Part shown: positions 1-9,238 of the stretch, in pieces | Numbering within the stretch: the stretch's first letter is position 1 | How the letters are laid out: every line of letters begins with the position of its first letter | NCBI GenBank assembly: GCA_023129165.1 | Contig: JAGMCL010000111.1 | Span: 201-64,200 of the forward strand | Reading direction: 5' to 3' | From: a candidate division WOR-3 bacterium | Lineage (GTDB): Bacteria > Hydrothermota > UBA3073 | Length of the DNA stretch: 64,000 nucleotides | Position numbers and translations under genes: made by a program | Notes under the pieces: model-generated | What the model was told of the DNA's origin: nothing | The model's database searches: none | What the model saw: the letters and a program-made list of their open reading frames with translations, nothing else

Positions 1-19
1 ATCCGATGATTTTTTTACT

Positions 20-48
20 TGACTTTTCTCACATACAGTGTTATAATT
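20..48 (+). promoter_or_regulatory. sigma70-like promoter, TTGACT-17-TATAAT
   Basis: TTGACT at 20-25 and TATAAT at 43-48 with a 17-nt spacer, upstream of the epimerase gene. Confidence 0.4.
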
Positions 49-168
49 CTTGACATAGAAATACTCCATGGGAGGTACAAATATATTAAGGCGATATAAT
101 GTAAACCCACTTGAGCGGCAAATCTTTAAGAGGTAAATTAAAAATCATTCATAAATTATAATAGTAAG

Positions 169-1215
169 GTGGTTTATATGAAGGTATTAATTACTGGTGG
201 CAGCGGTTTCCTGGGAATAAATTTGATACGATATCTATTGGATAAAGGGATAAATAATATCATTTCTCTTGATCTTGTTGAATTTGATTACCCTGAAAAG
301 AATAAAATCAGGGCTATAGTTGGAGATATTCGGAACAAGGAAACTGTCAGGGAGATGATGAAGGATGTCGCTTTAGTAGTTCATTGTGCAGCTGCATTAC
401 CACTTTATTCAAAAGAGGAGATATTCTCGACTGATGTAGAGGGAACAAAAATTGTCCTAAAAGAGGCATTTAAAAACAATGTAGAAAGGTTTGTTCATAT
501 ATCCACAACTGCAGTTTATGGCATACCTGATCATCATCCATTATATGAGGATGATAGATTAGAAGGCGTTGGTCCATATGGGGAGGCAAAAATATTAGCT
601 GAAGAAGCCTGTCTTGAGTATAGAGATAAAGGGATGTGTATACCTATTTTACGACCAAAATCATTTGTTGGTCCTGAGAGATTAGGGGTTTTCGCTATTT
701 TTTATGAATGGGCAAAAGACGGCAGAAACTTTCCAATGATTGGAGATGGAAATAATCGATACCAATTACTTGATGTTGAAGACCTTTGTAAGGTCATTTA
801 TTTATGTTTAACTTTAGATAAAAACATTGTTAACAATACATATAATATTGGGGCTAAAGAATTTACAACAATGGGGGAAGATTATCAAGCAGTATTGAAT
901 TATGCGGGATTCGGAAAGAGAATGAAGACTTTTCCTGCTTTACCTGTAATCCTCACACTACGTTTTCTTGAGTTCTTGCATCTATCTCCATTATATAAAT
1001 GGATTTATGATACAGCATCAAAGGATTCTTTTGTATCTGTAATAAAGGCAGAAGAGAAATTAGGCTTTAAGCCAAAGTATTCTAATAAAGATGCATTAGT
1101 ACGGAATTTTAAATGGTATTTAGAAAATTATTGTACATTTAAGGATAGAACTGGAATATCCCACAGGATGCCATGGAAACAAAACGTTCTAAAACCACTT
1201 AAGATATTCTTCTAA
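169..1215 (+). CDS. NAD-dependent epimerase/dehydratase, SDR superfamily
   Basis: N-terminal Rossmann motif VLITGGSGFLG. Length and overall pattern fit the UDP-sugar epimerase/dehydratase family. Confidence 0.8.
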   Translation: MVYMKVLITGGSGFLGINLIRYLLDKGINNIISLDLVEFDYPEKNKIRAIVGDIRNKETVREMMKDVALVVHCAAALPLYSKEEIFSTDVEGTKIVLKEAFKNNVERFVHISTTAVYGIPDHHPLYEDDRLEGVGPYGEAKILAEEACLEYRDKGMCIPILRPKSFVGPERLGVFAIFYEWAKDGRNFPMIGDGNNRYQLLDVEDLCKVIYLCLTLDKNIVNNTYNIGAKEFTTMGEDYQAVLNYAGFGKRMKTFPALPVILTLRFLEFLHLSPLYKWIYDTASKDSFVSVIKAEEKLGFKPKYSNKDALVRNFKWYLENYCTFKDRTGISHRMPWKQNVLKPLKIFF

Positions 1216-1280
1216 TTGGTATTTTATAAAATAGATGGGTTTTATGGTAAAATCCAAGACAAGTTTGTATAATTTATATT

Positions 1281-2177
1281 ATGGATAGCACAATCCCACA
1301 TCTTGGTGAAATTTTTTCTCTATTAGCTGCAGTATCCTGGGGTATTGCAGTTGTACTTTTTAAAAAGAGTGGTGAAACGGTTCACCCTGTTGCACTAAAT
1401 CTATACAAGAATGTATTAGCCGTACTACTATTTATTCCTACGATGTGGTTATTTAAGGAAATGTTTATACCACAACTTAGTTTAGGAGATTACTTATTGC
1501 TATTGCTTAGTGGAGCAATTGGTATAGGAGTTGGTGACACCTTACTATTTAAAAGTTTGAACCTGATTGGTGCAGGTTTACATTCAATAGTAGATTGTCT
1601 GTATAGTCCTTCTATTATTGGGTTATCCATGATCTTCCTTGGTGAGCGCCTCTCCGTTTTACAGATATTTGGTGCGGTAATAATTATTTCATCTGTATTA
1701 CTCATAACTCGCGAGAAGAGACATACTGAGGTCAGTCGTCGTAACCTTATACGGGGAATAGTCTTGGGAGTACTTGCTGTGTTATGCATAGCCGTTGGAA
1801 TTGTTATGATAAAACCAATAATAGGACGTTCTCCACTGTTGTGGGCTATAGAAGTTAGGTTGTTAGGAGGTGTGCTATTTTTATGTCTGATTCTCGTTTT
1901 TAATTCATCACGCCGAAGGATTGTTTCTACTCTGATTTCAGCGAGAGGATGGGGTTATACATTTGCCAGCTCATTTTTTGGAGCCTATCTTGCTATGTTT
2001 TTCTGGTTGGCTGGAATGAAATTAACCCAGGCTTCTATTGCATCAGCACTAAACCAGACCAGTAACGTTTTTGTGTTTATCTTTGCAGCCATTTTTCTCA
2101 AGGAACCAATTAATTTACTGCGAATTATGGCGATTATCATCGCTTTCGCAGGTATTTATATGGTATTCTTTGGATAG
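1281..2177 (+). CDS. EamA/DMT-family membrane transporter
   Basis: About 10 predicted TM helices arranged as two EamA-like halves. Hydrophobic throughout. Confidence 0.7.
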   Translation: MDSTIPHLGEIFSLLAAVSWGIAVVLFKKSGETVHPVALNLYKNVLAVLLFIPTMWLFKEMFIPQLSLGDYLLLLLSGAIGIGVGDTLLFKSLNLIGAGLHSIVDCLYSPSIIGLSMIFLGERLSVLQIFGAVIIISSVLLITREKRHTEVSRRNLIRGIVLGVLAVLCIAVGIVMIKPIIGRSPLLWAIEVRLLGGVLFLCLILVFNSSRRRIVSTLISARGWGYTFASSFFGAYLAMFFWLAGMKLTQASIASALNQTSNVFVFIFAAIFLKEPINLLRIMAIIIAFAGIYMVFFG

Positions 2178-2473
2178 TAGATTATAGAAGACAGTGATAT
2201 GAAAGAGATTGTTATTTAACAGGGACTTGCCTGCCCCGCTAAAGGCGGGGTAAGAGACTTATTTATAAAAAGGTAATTTTTAAAATTACTGTTCGAGTCA
2301 ATAAATATAACAATAGACATCCTATAAAGATCAGGATATCTGATATCAATTACTTTCATATTTAAAGGCTTCTAAAATTCATATTGGATTATTAATTATC
2401 CGTTAGCTAACGGATTGGTAATAAAAGTTGTCAGGTAAAGAGATTTATATTTTAATCTGAGTAATCAGGTATA

Positions 2474-2917
2474 ATGAACATTATACCAGGGGTTTTAATG
2501 ATATACAGGAAATTTGGTGATAAATTTATTGTAAGGATTGATAGGGGAGAGGAGATAGTAGAGACACTAAAGCAATTTTGTATAGACCAGAGGATAAAAC
2601 TGGGTTCTATATATGGAATCGGGGCAACAAATAAGGTTACAATAGGACTTTTTGAAGTAGAGACTAAAAAATATCACTCAAATGAGCTGAAGGGAAATTA
2701 CGAGATAGCACCTCTGGTCGGTAATATAACAACAATGGATGGTGAGGTATATCTGCATATACATGTGAATTTATGTGACTATGAACACAGATCTTTTGGT
2801 GGACATCTTAATTCTGCAGTTGTAAGCGCAACCTTTGAATGTATTATTGATACAATAAACGGTGAGGTTGATAGAGAATTTGATGAGGAGATAGGATTGA
2901 ATATTTTGCGGTTATAG
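2474..2917 (+). CDS. PPC/DUF296-domain protein
   Basis: Size and motif pattern (IVRIDRGEEIVETLKQFC ... YEIAPLVGNIT ... GEVYLHIHV) resemble the plants-and-prokaryotes-conserved DUF296 fold. Confidence 0.45.
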   Translation: MNIIPGVLMIYRKFGDKFIVRIDRGEEIVETLKQFCIDQRIKLGSIYGIGATNKVTIGLFEVETKKYHSNELKGNYEIAPLVGNITTMDGEVYLHIHVNLCDYEHRSFGGHLNSAVVSATFECIIDTINGEVDREFDEEIGLNILRL

Positions 2918-2928
2918 TATTCTAATCC

Positions 2929-3079
2929 TGTCATTGCGAGCCGTAGGCGAAGCAATCGCATTTTAGTGTTATTAGTAATAAATGATGAGATTGCCACGAC
3001 TTCACTTTGTTCAGTCTCGCAATGACGAAAAGTCGTAATGGGATTGCCACGACTTCACTTTGTTCAGTCTCGCAATGAC
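2929..3079. repeat. GTCATTGCGAG-type palindromic intergenic repeat with a 38-bp direct repeat x2
   Basis: GTCATTGCGAG at 2929 and CTCGCAATGAC at 3011 and 3069. GATTGCCACGACTTCACTTTGTTCAGTCTCGCAATGAC occurs twice, at 2983-3020 and 3041-3078. Confidence 0.8.
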
Positions 3080-3097
3080 AGATGTTTTATAATTGTT

Positions 3098-3574
3098 ATG
3101 AATAAAACAATGAAGATGAAAAGTCCTGAAAAAGATATAGAAAATGTTGTAATAAAGAAACTGACAACAGATGATTATGACTCTATGATAGAGTTGTGGG
3201 ATGATGTAGGACTTCCATATAAACCGCATGGTCGTGACAGTCGAGAGAGTATTAAGTACCAGTTACAGCAACCTACCTCTATCTATCTCGCAGCTTATAT
3301 ATGGAATAAAATGATCGGTGTAATCTGTGCAACCCATGATGGACGTAAAGGTTGGATAAACAGACTCGCTGTATTACCCAATTATCAGAAACGTGGTATA
3401 GCAAAAAGACTTGTATCAGAGGTGGAAAACCGTTTTTATAAACTTGGTATCCGTATATACGCATGTTTAATTGAGAATTGGAACACAGTTTCAATGGAAT
3501 TTTTTGAACATTTGGGATATAAAACATATAAAGATATATTCTACCTGACTAAAAGAATAGAACCAGAAATATAA
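3098..3574 (+). CDS. GNAT-family N-acetyltransferase
   Basis: Acetyl-CoA binding motif RLAVLPNYQKRGIAKRLV. The start was moved to ATG 3098 because the ORF-track start at 3038 lies inside the repeat. Confidence 0.75.
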   Translation: MNKTMKMKSPEKDIENVVIKKLTTDDYDSMIELWDDVGLPYKPHGRDSRESIKYQLQQPTSIYLAAYIWNKMIGVICATHDGRKGWINRLAVLPNYQKRGIAKRLVSEVENRFYKLGIRIYACLIENWNTVSMEFFEHLGYKTYKDIFYLTKRIEPEI

Positions 3575-3625
3575 TATTTTTATGACAGGCAAATTAAAAA
3601 CGAAAATCATTACCCGGTTGTAAAT

Positions 3626-3853
3626 ATGCTGACTGTAAAATGTGCCAGATGCAAGAAGAGAGTATTCAAATATTTAAAATTTGGTAAAGGTAAATTGCTG
3701 CACTGCTGGAAGGGAAAAATTATCAGGGATTATAGTGTTCATGATGGTAGAGAAGTAAAGTGTCAGTGTGGTAATCTAATTGGTATTGATGAAGGCAAGT
3801 GGATAAAGATGAAACCGCACTCATTTATATGTTCGGGTGCAAAATTTAGATAA
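3626..3853 (+). CDS. small Cys-rich zinc-ribbon-like protein
   Basis: CxxC ... CxC ... C pattern in 75 aa, with no other recognisable family. Confidence 0.35.
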   Translation: MLTVKCARCKKRVFKYLKFGKGKLLHCWKGKIIRDYSVHDGREVKCQCGNLIGIDEGKWIKMKPHSFICSGAKFR

Positions 3854-3948
3854 ATGTCTTCTTCTGTGTAAACGTTTTTGAATTTCCTTGACTTTCTCTA
3901 CGTTTGGTGTTATAATAAAACAGAGGACTAAATTTTTCAAAGATAAGT

Positions 3949-4551
3949 ATGGAAAATATTACTTTTTTAAATTCTACAATGTACACGTGGATTATACTTC
4001 CCTTGCTTATTTTGATTGCAAGAATCCTGGATGTAAGCATGGGAACAATACGTGTTATACTCATGGCGAAAGGGGTTAAATTTCTTTCTGCCTTAATAGG
4101 TTTCTTTGAGGTTTTAATATGGCTTCTTGCAATCGGACAGATAATGAAAAATTTGGACAATGTAGTATGTTATTTAGCCTATGGTGGTGGTTTTGCACTG
4201 GGAACTTATCTTGGTATATTAATAGAAGAAAAATTGTCGATTGGAATGGTAATTATTCGAATTATTACCCAGAAGGATGCAACAGAATTGATAAATTATC
4301 TTCAATTAAAAGGCTTTGGAGTTACTCGTGTGGATGCTGAGGGTGCCTATGGTGATGTAAAGATTCTATTTACAATAGTAAGACGTCATGATATTCGTAA
4401 CATTGCAGAAGTTATCCAGAAGTTTAACCCAAAGGCATTTTATTCAGTAGAAGATATAAGATTTGTAAGTGAGGGTATATTTCGTCCTAAAGAACGACAA
4501 TATAGTAAAATTTGTCTGAGAATATTCAGAAGGCATAGAAAGGGGAAATAA
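3949..4551 (+). CDS. YitT/UPF0316-family membrane protein (DUF5698 + DUF2179)
   Basis: Three N-terminal TM helices followed by a soluble DUF2179-like domain (GFGVTRVDAEGAYGD). Confidence 0.55.
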   Translation: MENITFLNSTMYTWIILPLLILIARILDVSMGTIRVILMAKGVKFLSALIGFFEVLIWLLAIGQIMKNLDNVVCYLAYGGGFALGTYLGILIEEKLSIGMVIIRIITQKDATELINYLQLKGFGVTRVDAEGAYGDVKILFTIVRRHDIRNIAEVIQKFNPKAFYSVEDIRFVSEGIFRPKERQYSKICLRIFRRHRKGK

Positions 4552-4582
4552 TGTGTGGTTAATTTTATAACAAGGAGAGAAT

Positions 4583-5209
4583 ATGTGTAGATATGTAAAA
4601 GTATCCATCCTTATTATAGTTCTATTTCTAATAAGTGGATGCGGGCCCAGAGTGATGGTTCCACCAGAAATAGATTTAACAGAATATGAGGTATTAGGGC
4701 TGATTGATTTTAGCTCTAACATGGAGGGAAATCATGATGAATACGCAACACAAAAGTTTATAGAGGCGATTACCGAAAACCAGAAAGGAATCCGTATCAT
4801 AGAGCTTGGTAGTGAAGATGAAATTCTTGAATCCTTAAATCAGGAAAAAATCAATTCAAAGGCTGTTAAGGTTATCGGAGAACAATATAATGTAAAAACC
4901 GTGATTATTGGCGATCTGGATATATCAAATGTTAGACCAAAGATCGATATTTTAAGTTTAACCAAATATATGAGTTTTAGTGCTGAGGTGAAGGCTTCAT
5001 TATCAGTAAGGTTATTAGAAACTAATAGTGGTGCAACAATCTGGACAAGTTCTTCACAGGACGAAGCTGATGTTGCTCATGTCAGTATAATTTCTGGTAA
5101 TTTATTTAGTTTCGATGCAACTGACCCTGATGAAGCATATGGAGATTTAATTGATGAGTTAGTAAGAGATGTAACAAAAGATTTTAGAGTTACATACAAA
5201 AGGATGTAA
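4583..5209 (+). CDS. lipoprotein, function unknown
   Basis: Signal peptide with lipobox LISGCG. Confidence 0.5.
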   Translation: MCRYVKVSILIIVLFLISGCGPRVMVPPEIDLTEYEVLGLIDFSSNMEGNHDEYATQKFIEAITENQKGIRIIELGSEDEILESLNQEKINSKAVKVIGEQYNVKTVIIGDLDISNVRPKIDILSLTKYMSFSAEVKASLSVRLLETNSGATIWTSSSQDEADVAHVSIISGNLFSFDATDPDEAYGDLIDELVRDVTKDFRVTYKRM

Positions 5210-5229
5210 ATAAGCATGTAAAAAATATT

Positions 5230-6357
5230 ATGTTTACAAGGATTATTTTCTTATCAGGATTAATTTTTTTGAGCCTTGCGGGCTATACAAAAGGAAATGA
5301 GGCTATCTTCCCTGACCTGACCGGACAGGAACTTCTTGATAGCCTGATATACTATTATAAAACAGATACAGTATTACCTTACAGCATAGCAAGAGATACG
5401 TTATTTGCAAATGTTTACCAACATAACGATAGCTTAACGTGTGTATACTCCGGATATACAATCTATTTAGACCCACAAGAAGACCCGACACAAGATGCCT
5501 ATAGTAAGGGCATTGACACTGAACACACATGGCCTCAGAGCAAAGGTTCAGTTGGTCAGGCTAAGAGTGATATGTTTCACCTGTATCCAACCAGAGTAGT
5601 GGTTAATTCTTCCAGAGGAAATGACCCCTTTGCTGAAATCCCTGATCCAGATACGGATAAATGGTTTCGTCTGGATTATTATTTAACTACCATTCCTACA
5701 GAGTTTATCGACGAGTACAGTGAAAAGGATGAAGATGCGAATCTATTTGAACCGCGTGAAGATCATAAGGGGAATGTAGCTCGTGCTATGTTTTATTTCT
5801 ATACTATGTATAAGCGGCAGGCTGACAGCCTTGATCCAGAATATTTCGGGTTACAAAAGGATGTATTATACCAATGGCATCTTACTGATACAGTTGATTC
5901 AATGGAACGGATTAGAAATGATTTGATTGCATCTTATCAGGGAGATAAAAAAAATCCCTATATTTTAGATTCTTCACTTGTCAGACGGGCATATTTTTAT
6001 GAATCTACAGTGGTAACAGGTGATTATAAATTGCTTACAAATGACATAATATTAGAACAGAATTATCCAAATCCATTCAGTACAGAGACAGTTATTACTT
6101 TGGAGTGCATCAACATGGTTGATGCAGCTGTGACATGGTCACAGCACTCCATAAATATCTACGACCTCACTGGTCGACTCATCCGCACCATCCCTCTTAA
6201 TCTGTGTAATCCCAATAAATCCGTGCAATCTGTGATTTGGGATGGGAGAGATAACTCTGGAGAGAATGTTCCCGGTGGAGTATATTTTTATAGACTTAAC
6301 ATTGATGGAGATAACAATAGATTTACACAGACAAAGACGATGATACTATTAAGATAA
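5230..6357 (+). CDS. extracellular endonuclease I family nuclease with T9SS C-terminal sorting domain
   Basis: Endonuclease I motifs (TEHTWPQSKG, DMFHLYPTRVVVNSSRGNDPF), signal peptide, and a C-terminal PNPF ... IYDLTGRLI ... GVYFYRL Por_Secre_tail. Confidence 0.7.
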   Translation: MFTRIIFLSGLIFLSLAGYTKGNEAIFPDLTGQELLDSLIYYYKTDTVLPYSIARDTLFANVYQHNDSLTCVYSGYTIYLDPQEDPTQDAYSKGIDTEHTWPQSKGSVGQAKSDMFHLYPTRVVVNSSRGNDPFAEIPDPDTDKWFRLDYYLTTIPTEFIDEYSEKDEDANLFEPREDHKGNVARAMFYFYTMYKRQADSLDPEYFGLQKDVLYQWHLTDTVDSMERIRNDLIASYQGDKKNPYILDSSLVRRAYFYESTVVTGDYKLLTNDIILEQNYPNPFSTETVITLECINMVDAAVTWSQHSINIYDLTGRLIRTIPLNLCNPNKSVQSVIWDGRDNSGENVPGGVYFYRLNIDGDNNRFTQTKTMILLR

Positions 6358-6394
6358 TGTTATTCAGATATATGATAGTTTTTTATCTTTTTTC

Positions 6395-6423
6395 TTGACT
6401 TTTAGCACATTTTGAATTATAAT
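6395..6423 (+). promoter_or_regulatory. sigma70-like promoter, TTGACT-17-TATAAT
   Basis: Motifs at 6395-6400 and 6418-6423, followed by a leader of about 230 nt before the 6657 gene. Confidence 0.4.
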
Positions 6424-6656
6424 AAATATACATACATCTGAATTGTAGTAATAGAATAATACCTCGAGATTGCTTCGATAATTGTAGTACTCCACATAGC
6501 ATTCCAACCAGAAATAAGAGTGGCTTCAATAAGATAAAATTAATAAACCGCATATAGATAATCAGATTATAGTTCTCCAACTCTTATTCCTTCAGTGTTG
6601 TATGTCCTAATTCAACAAACTTCAAAATAGATAAATTCATTGAAAATTTATAAGAT

Positions 6657-8678
6657 ATGAAAAAGCTAATCGAGATACTTTGTGTAATTTTGCTTACAAG
6701 TAGCAATTTAATAGGGAATATTTACGCAAAATCCCAAGAAGTATATCTATTACCATCTCAACAGGGTGAACCGAGTAAAGTGATGTCTGTAGATAGGCTT
6801 TCAGCACATTCGCTAATACAGTATGATTGTGGAGAAAGTAGTCATTACCTAACTGATATCCTTCCTTGTGATACTATCGGGGTATTATTTGTTCCACCTT
6901 TCCCCTGCTCTCTTATTGAAGTTCATTTCTGTAGATATAAAAGGTTTGAGAATACACCCGACATATATTATGGTATTGTTGCTGATGTTCCTGATAGTGT
7001 AATACCTGAATCTTATGGGGAGTATCGTGATTCTACATCTATACCTGGTCCAAGCCCAATAGGTAATTTTTACCTGAGACCTGCTGCTATGGAGTTACCA
7101 TACACAGTAGGTTTTCACTGGGATACTCTCGTTATTCCAGGACAGCCAAATATAGACCAAAAGCTATTCTGGGCTGGGTATACAATTGAAGACACCTGCC
7201 ATTCAACGAGGGTAGATTTAAATGTTCCTCCTCCCTTTCATGCAATATGCTGGAGGCAAAGTGGTGCAGGACCCGAAACTAATGGTCCAGGATGGTATTC
7301 TTCATCTGATCTCTTCTGGATACGAGCACTTGTTAAATTCTATGGTCAGAACTATACTGGGGTTTCTGTTGAGAAATTAAAGAGTACATACGATACTCAC
7401 GATAGAATTGTTCATATCTATTCCTGGGATTACAATGAAGATTCGGCTGGTGTAGGATTTTATCCAGATTCAGCATTTCTATATTATTCTATAAATGAAT
7501 GTAATACTTTTAGAGTATCTCTTATACAAGATTCTGTTTATAACCCTGATCCATATTCCGAAGATGCCTGGTGGCATGCTATTATTCCTGGTCAGAGACC
7601 AGAGGTAAAAGTTACTTATTGGGTAGAACTTAAGTATAGAAGTGAGCTAAGACCTATATACATAACCCGATCATACTGGTATAAAGTAAAAAGAGGTAGA
7701 GATGACAATGGTCTCCTATACATTGAGGGTGATGAGGTTTGGGGTGGTGATGTGCACAATGCATTTGTAGGTCTACCCTGGGACATATGGTATGAAGCAG
7801 TTGATGGTGTTCCCGATAATACAGTGACAGATTTCTATGCCTTCGGTCCTGGTGGGCGGGCAATTTCCTGGCTTTCTTTAGCCGGAGTTACCTTTGCCAA
7901 TCCGTATGAGCCTGGTTGGTCTCATACTCAAGTGTTTAGGGACTTTATGGATTGTGGTAGTACTTTATTAGTCTCGGGTCAGGATATACCAGGTGGCGGC
8001 TATGGTCTCGGTTATGGCGACTGGGTCGCACCCCCATCACCACACCCGTTGAGGGATTATCTGAAGGCACACGCAGGAATAGACGATTACTTACTAACAT
8101 CTCCTTTCTTGGTCTTCGTCGATGCAACAGATGTGGTTACGATAGGCATGTCCGAAGAGATAACCATTGACTGTGGCTCTGTTATGCAGCCTACCCGGGT
8201 TGGAATATTCACAGACCTCGATCCCGCTTGTGTGCCTCTGTTCTTTGATGGTGAGGGCAATATTCTTGGATACAGGTATGAGTCAGCAAAGGGCTTTAGG
8301 GTTGTATTGCTCTACTTTCCCTTTCATGCAATAACAGATACGGATGAACAAGATATATTTATTGAAAACATAACTAACTGGTTTCCAGTGGGAGTGGAGA
8401 AAGAACCAGATGAATTCATATACGACCTTCCCATGGTCAGCCCGAATCCAATTTCAAGACCTACTATGATAAACTTCACCATGCCTAAAAACGAGCATGT
8501 ATCAATTAAAATATACGATGTAACAGGTTCGTTTATTAAAACACTTGCAAATGAAAGATTTAACGCAGGAAATCATACTCTTAAAATAAACACAGATGAA
8601 CTTATATCAGGTGTCTATTTCCTTAAAATGGATGTAGGTGAGTTTTCAGAAGTGAGGAAGTTTTTGGTTGTAAAATAG
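6657..8678 (+). CDS. secreted T9SS cargo protein, function unknown
   Basis: Signal peptide and a C-terminal CTD (SPNPISRPT ... IKIYDVTGSFI ... GVYFLKM). It shares an SGQDI-containing segment with the 48283 giant. Confidence 0.6.
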   Translation: MKKLIEILCVILLTSSNLIGNIYAKSQEVYLLPSQQGEPSKVMSVDRLSAHSLIQYDCGESSHYLTDILPCDTIGVLFVPPFPCSLIEVHFCRYKRFENTPDIYYGIVADVPDSVIPESYGEYRDSTSIPGPSPIGNFYLRPAAMELPYTVGFHWDTLVIPGQPNIDQKLFWAGYTIEDTCHSTRVDLNVPPPFHAICWRQSGAGPETNGPGWYSSSDLFWIRALVKFYGQNYTGVSVEKLKSTYDTHDRIVHIYSWDYNEDSAGVGFYPDSAFLYYSINECNTFRVSLIQDSVYNPDPYSEDAWWHAIIPGQRPEVKVTYWVELKYRSELRPIYITRSYWYKVKRGRDDNGLLYIEGDEVWGGDVHNAFVGLPWDIWYEAVDGVPDNTVTDFYAFGPGGRAISWLSLAGVTFANPYEPGWSHTQVFRDFMDCGSTLLVSGQDIPGGGYGLGYGDWVAPPSPHPLRDYLKAHAGIDDYLLTSPFLVFVDATDVVTIGMSEEITIDCGSVMQPTRVGIFTDLDPACVPLFFDGEGNILGYRYESAKGFRVVLLYFPFHAITDTDEQDIFIENITNWFPVGVEKEPDEFIYDLPMVSPNPISRPTMINFTMPKNEHVSIKIYDVTGSFIKTLANERFNAGNHTLKINTDELISGVYFLKMDVGEFSEVRKFLVVK

Positions 8679-8756
8679 AACCCCTTGTTGGGGTCAGACC
8701 CATAAATACAGGGTGGACTGAGTTAAGACTTTTTCTTTCATTCTTTTTATTTATAA

Positions 8757-8960
8757 CTATCCTGTATATCCAGTTAATCCAGTCAAGATTTTTCTTTTTT
8801 AGACAGGATATACAGGATGAACTGGATTTAATTATTTTTTTCTTTTAACAGAAAAAACTCTTTTTTATTTCAAATAATCATTATCCTGTCTATAGTGTTA
8901 ATCCTGTCAAATATGTCTTTTTTTAGACAGGATATACAGGATGAACGGGATTAAAATTTA
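8757..8960. repeat. two copies of an approximately 75-bp inverted-repeat element
   Basis: ATCCTGTATATCC ... GTTAATCC(A/T)GTCAA ... T-run ... GGATATACAGGAT occurs at 8757-8830 and 8878-8960. GTTAATCCTGTC recurs at 9130. Confidence 0.6.
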
Positions 8961-8995
8961 TTCATTTTGTCTTTTAAAATTATCCTGTATATCTT

Positions 8996-9122
8996 GCCTG
9001 CCCTGTAGTGATAATGTGCAGGGCCTGCCCTGTAGTGGTAATGTGCAGGGCCTGCCCTGTAGTGGTAATGTGCAGGGCCTGCCCTGTAGTGGTAATGTGC
9101 AGGGCCTGCCCTGTGCGAACGA
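8996..9122. repeat. tandem array of 27-bp hairpin repeats, about 4.7 copies, with no spacers
   Basis: The unit GCCCTGTAGTGGTAATGTGCAGGGCCT has a 6-bp stem (GCCCTG/CAGGGC) and a 13-nt loop. Confidence 0.85.
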
Positions 9123-9238
9123 AGTAATTTTACGGGGTTAATCCTGTCGAATAAAACAGTAAGTTATTTTTTTATACTGTTAAATCTTAGCCTGACCTCG
9201 TAAATGCTCCTTGTATAACAGACAAAAGGAGACATAGA

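Noticed and set aside
1490-1789. Antisense and overlapping small ORFs (for example 1490-1789, 2779-2997, 3011-3229, 25370-25816, 46104-46337, 57707-57988, 60846-61181, 61332-61949)
   Set aside because: They are fully embedded opposite well-supported genes, have low-complexity composition, and have no motifs. Treated as frame artefacts.
8941-9141. Six-frame ORF (66 aa, ...LPCSGNVQGLPCSGNVQG...) and possible CRISPR array
   Set aside because: The ORF is simply a translation of the 27-bp tandem hairpin repeat. The array has no spacers between units, so it is a minisatellite and not a CRISPR.
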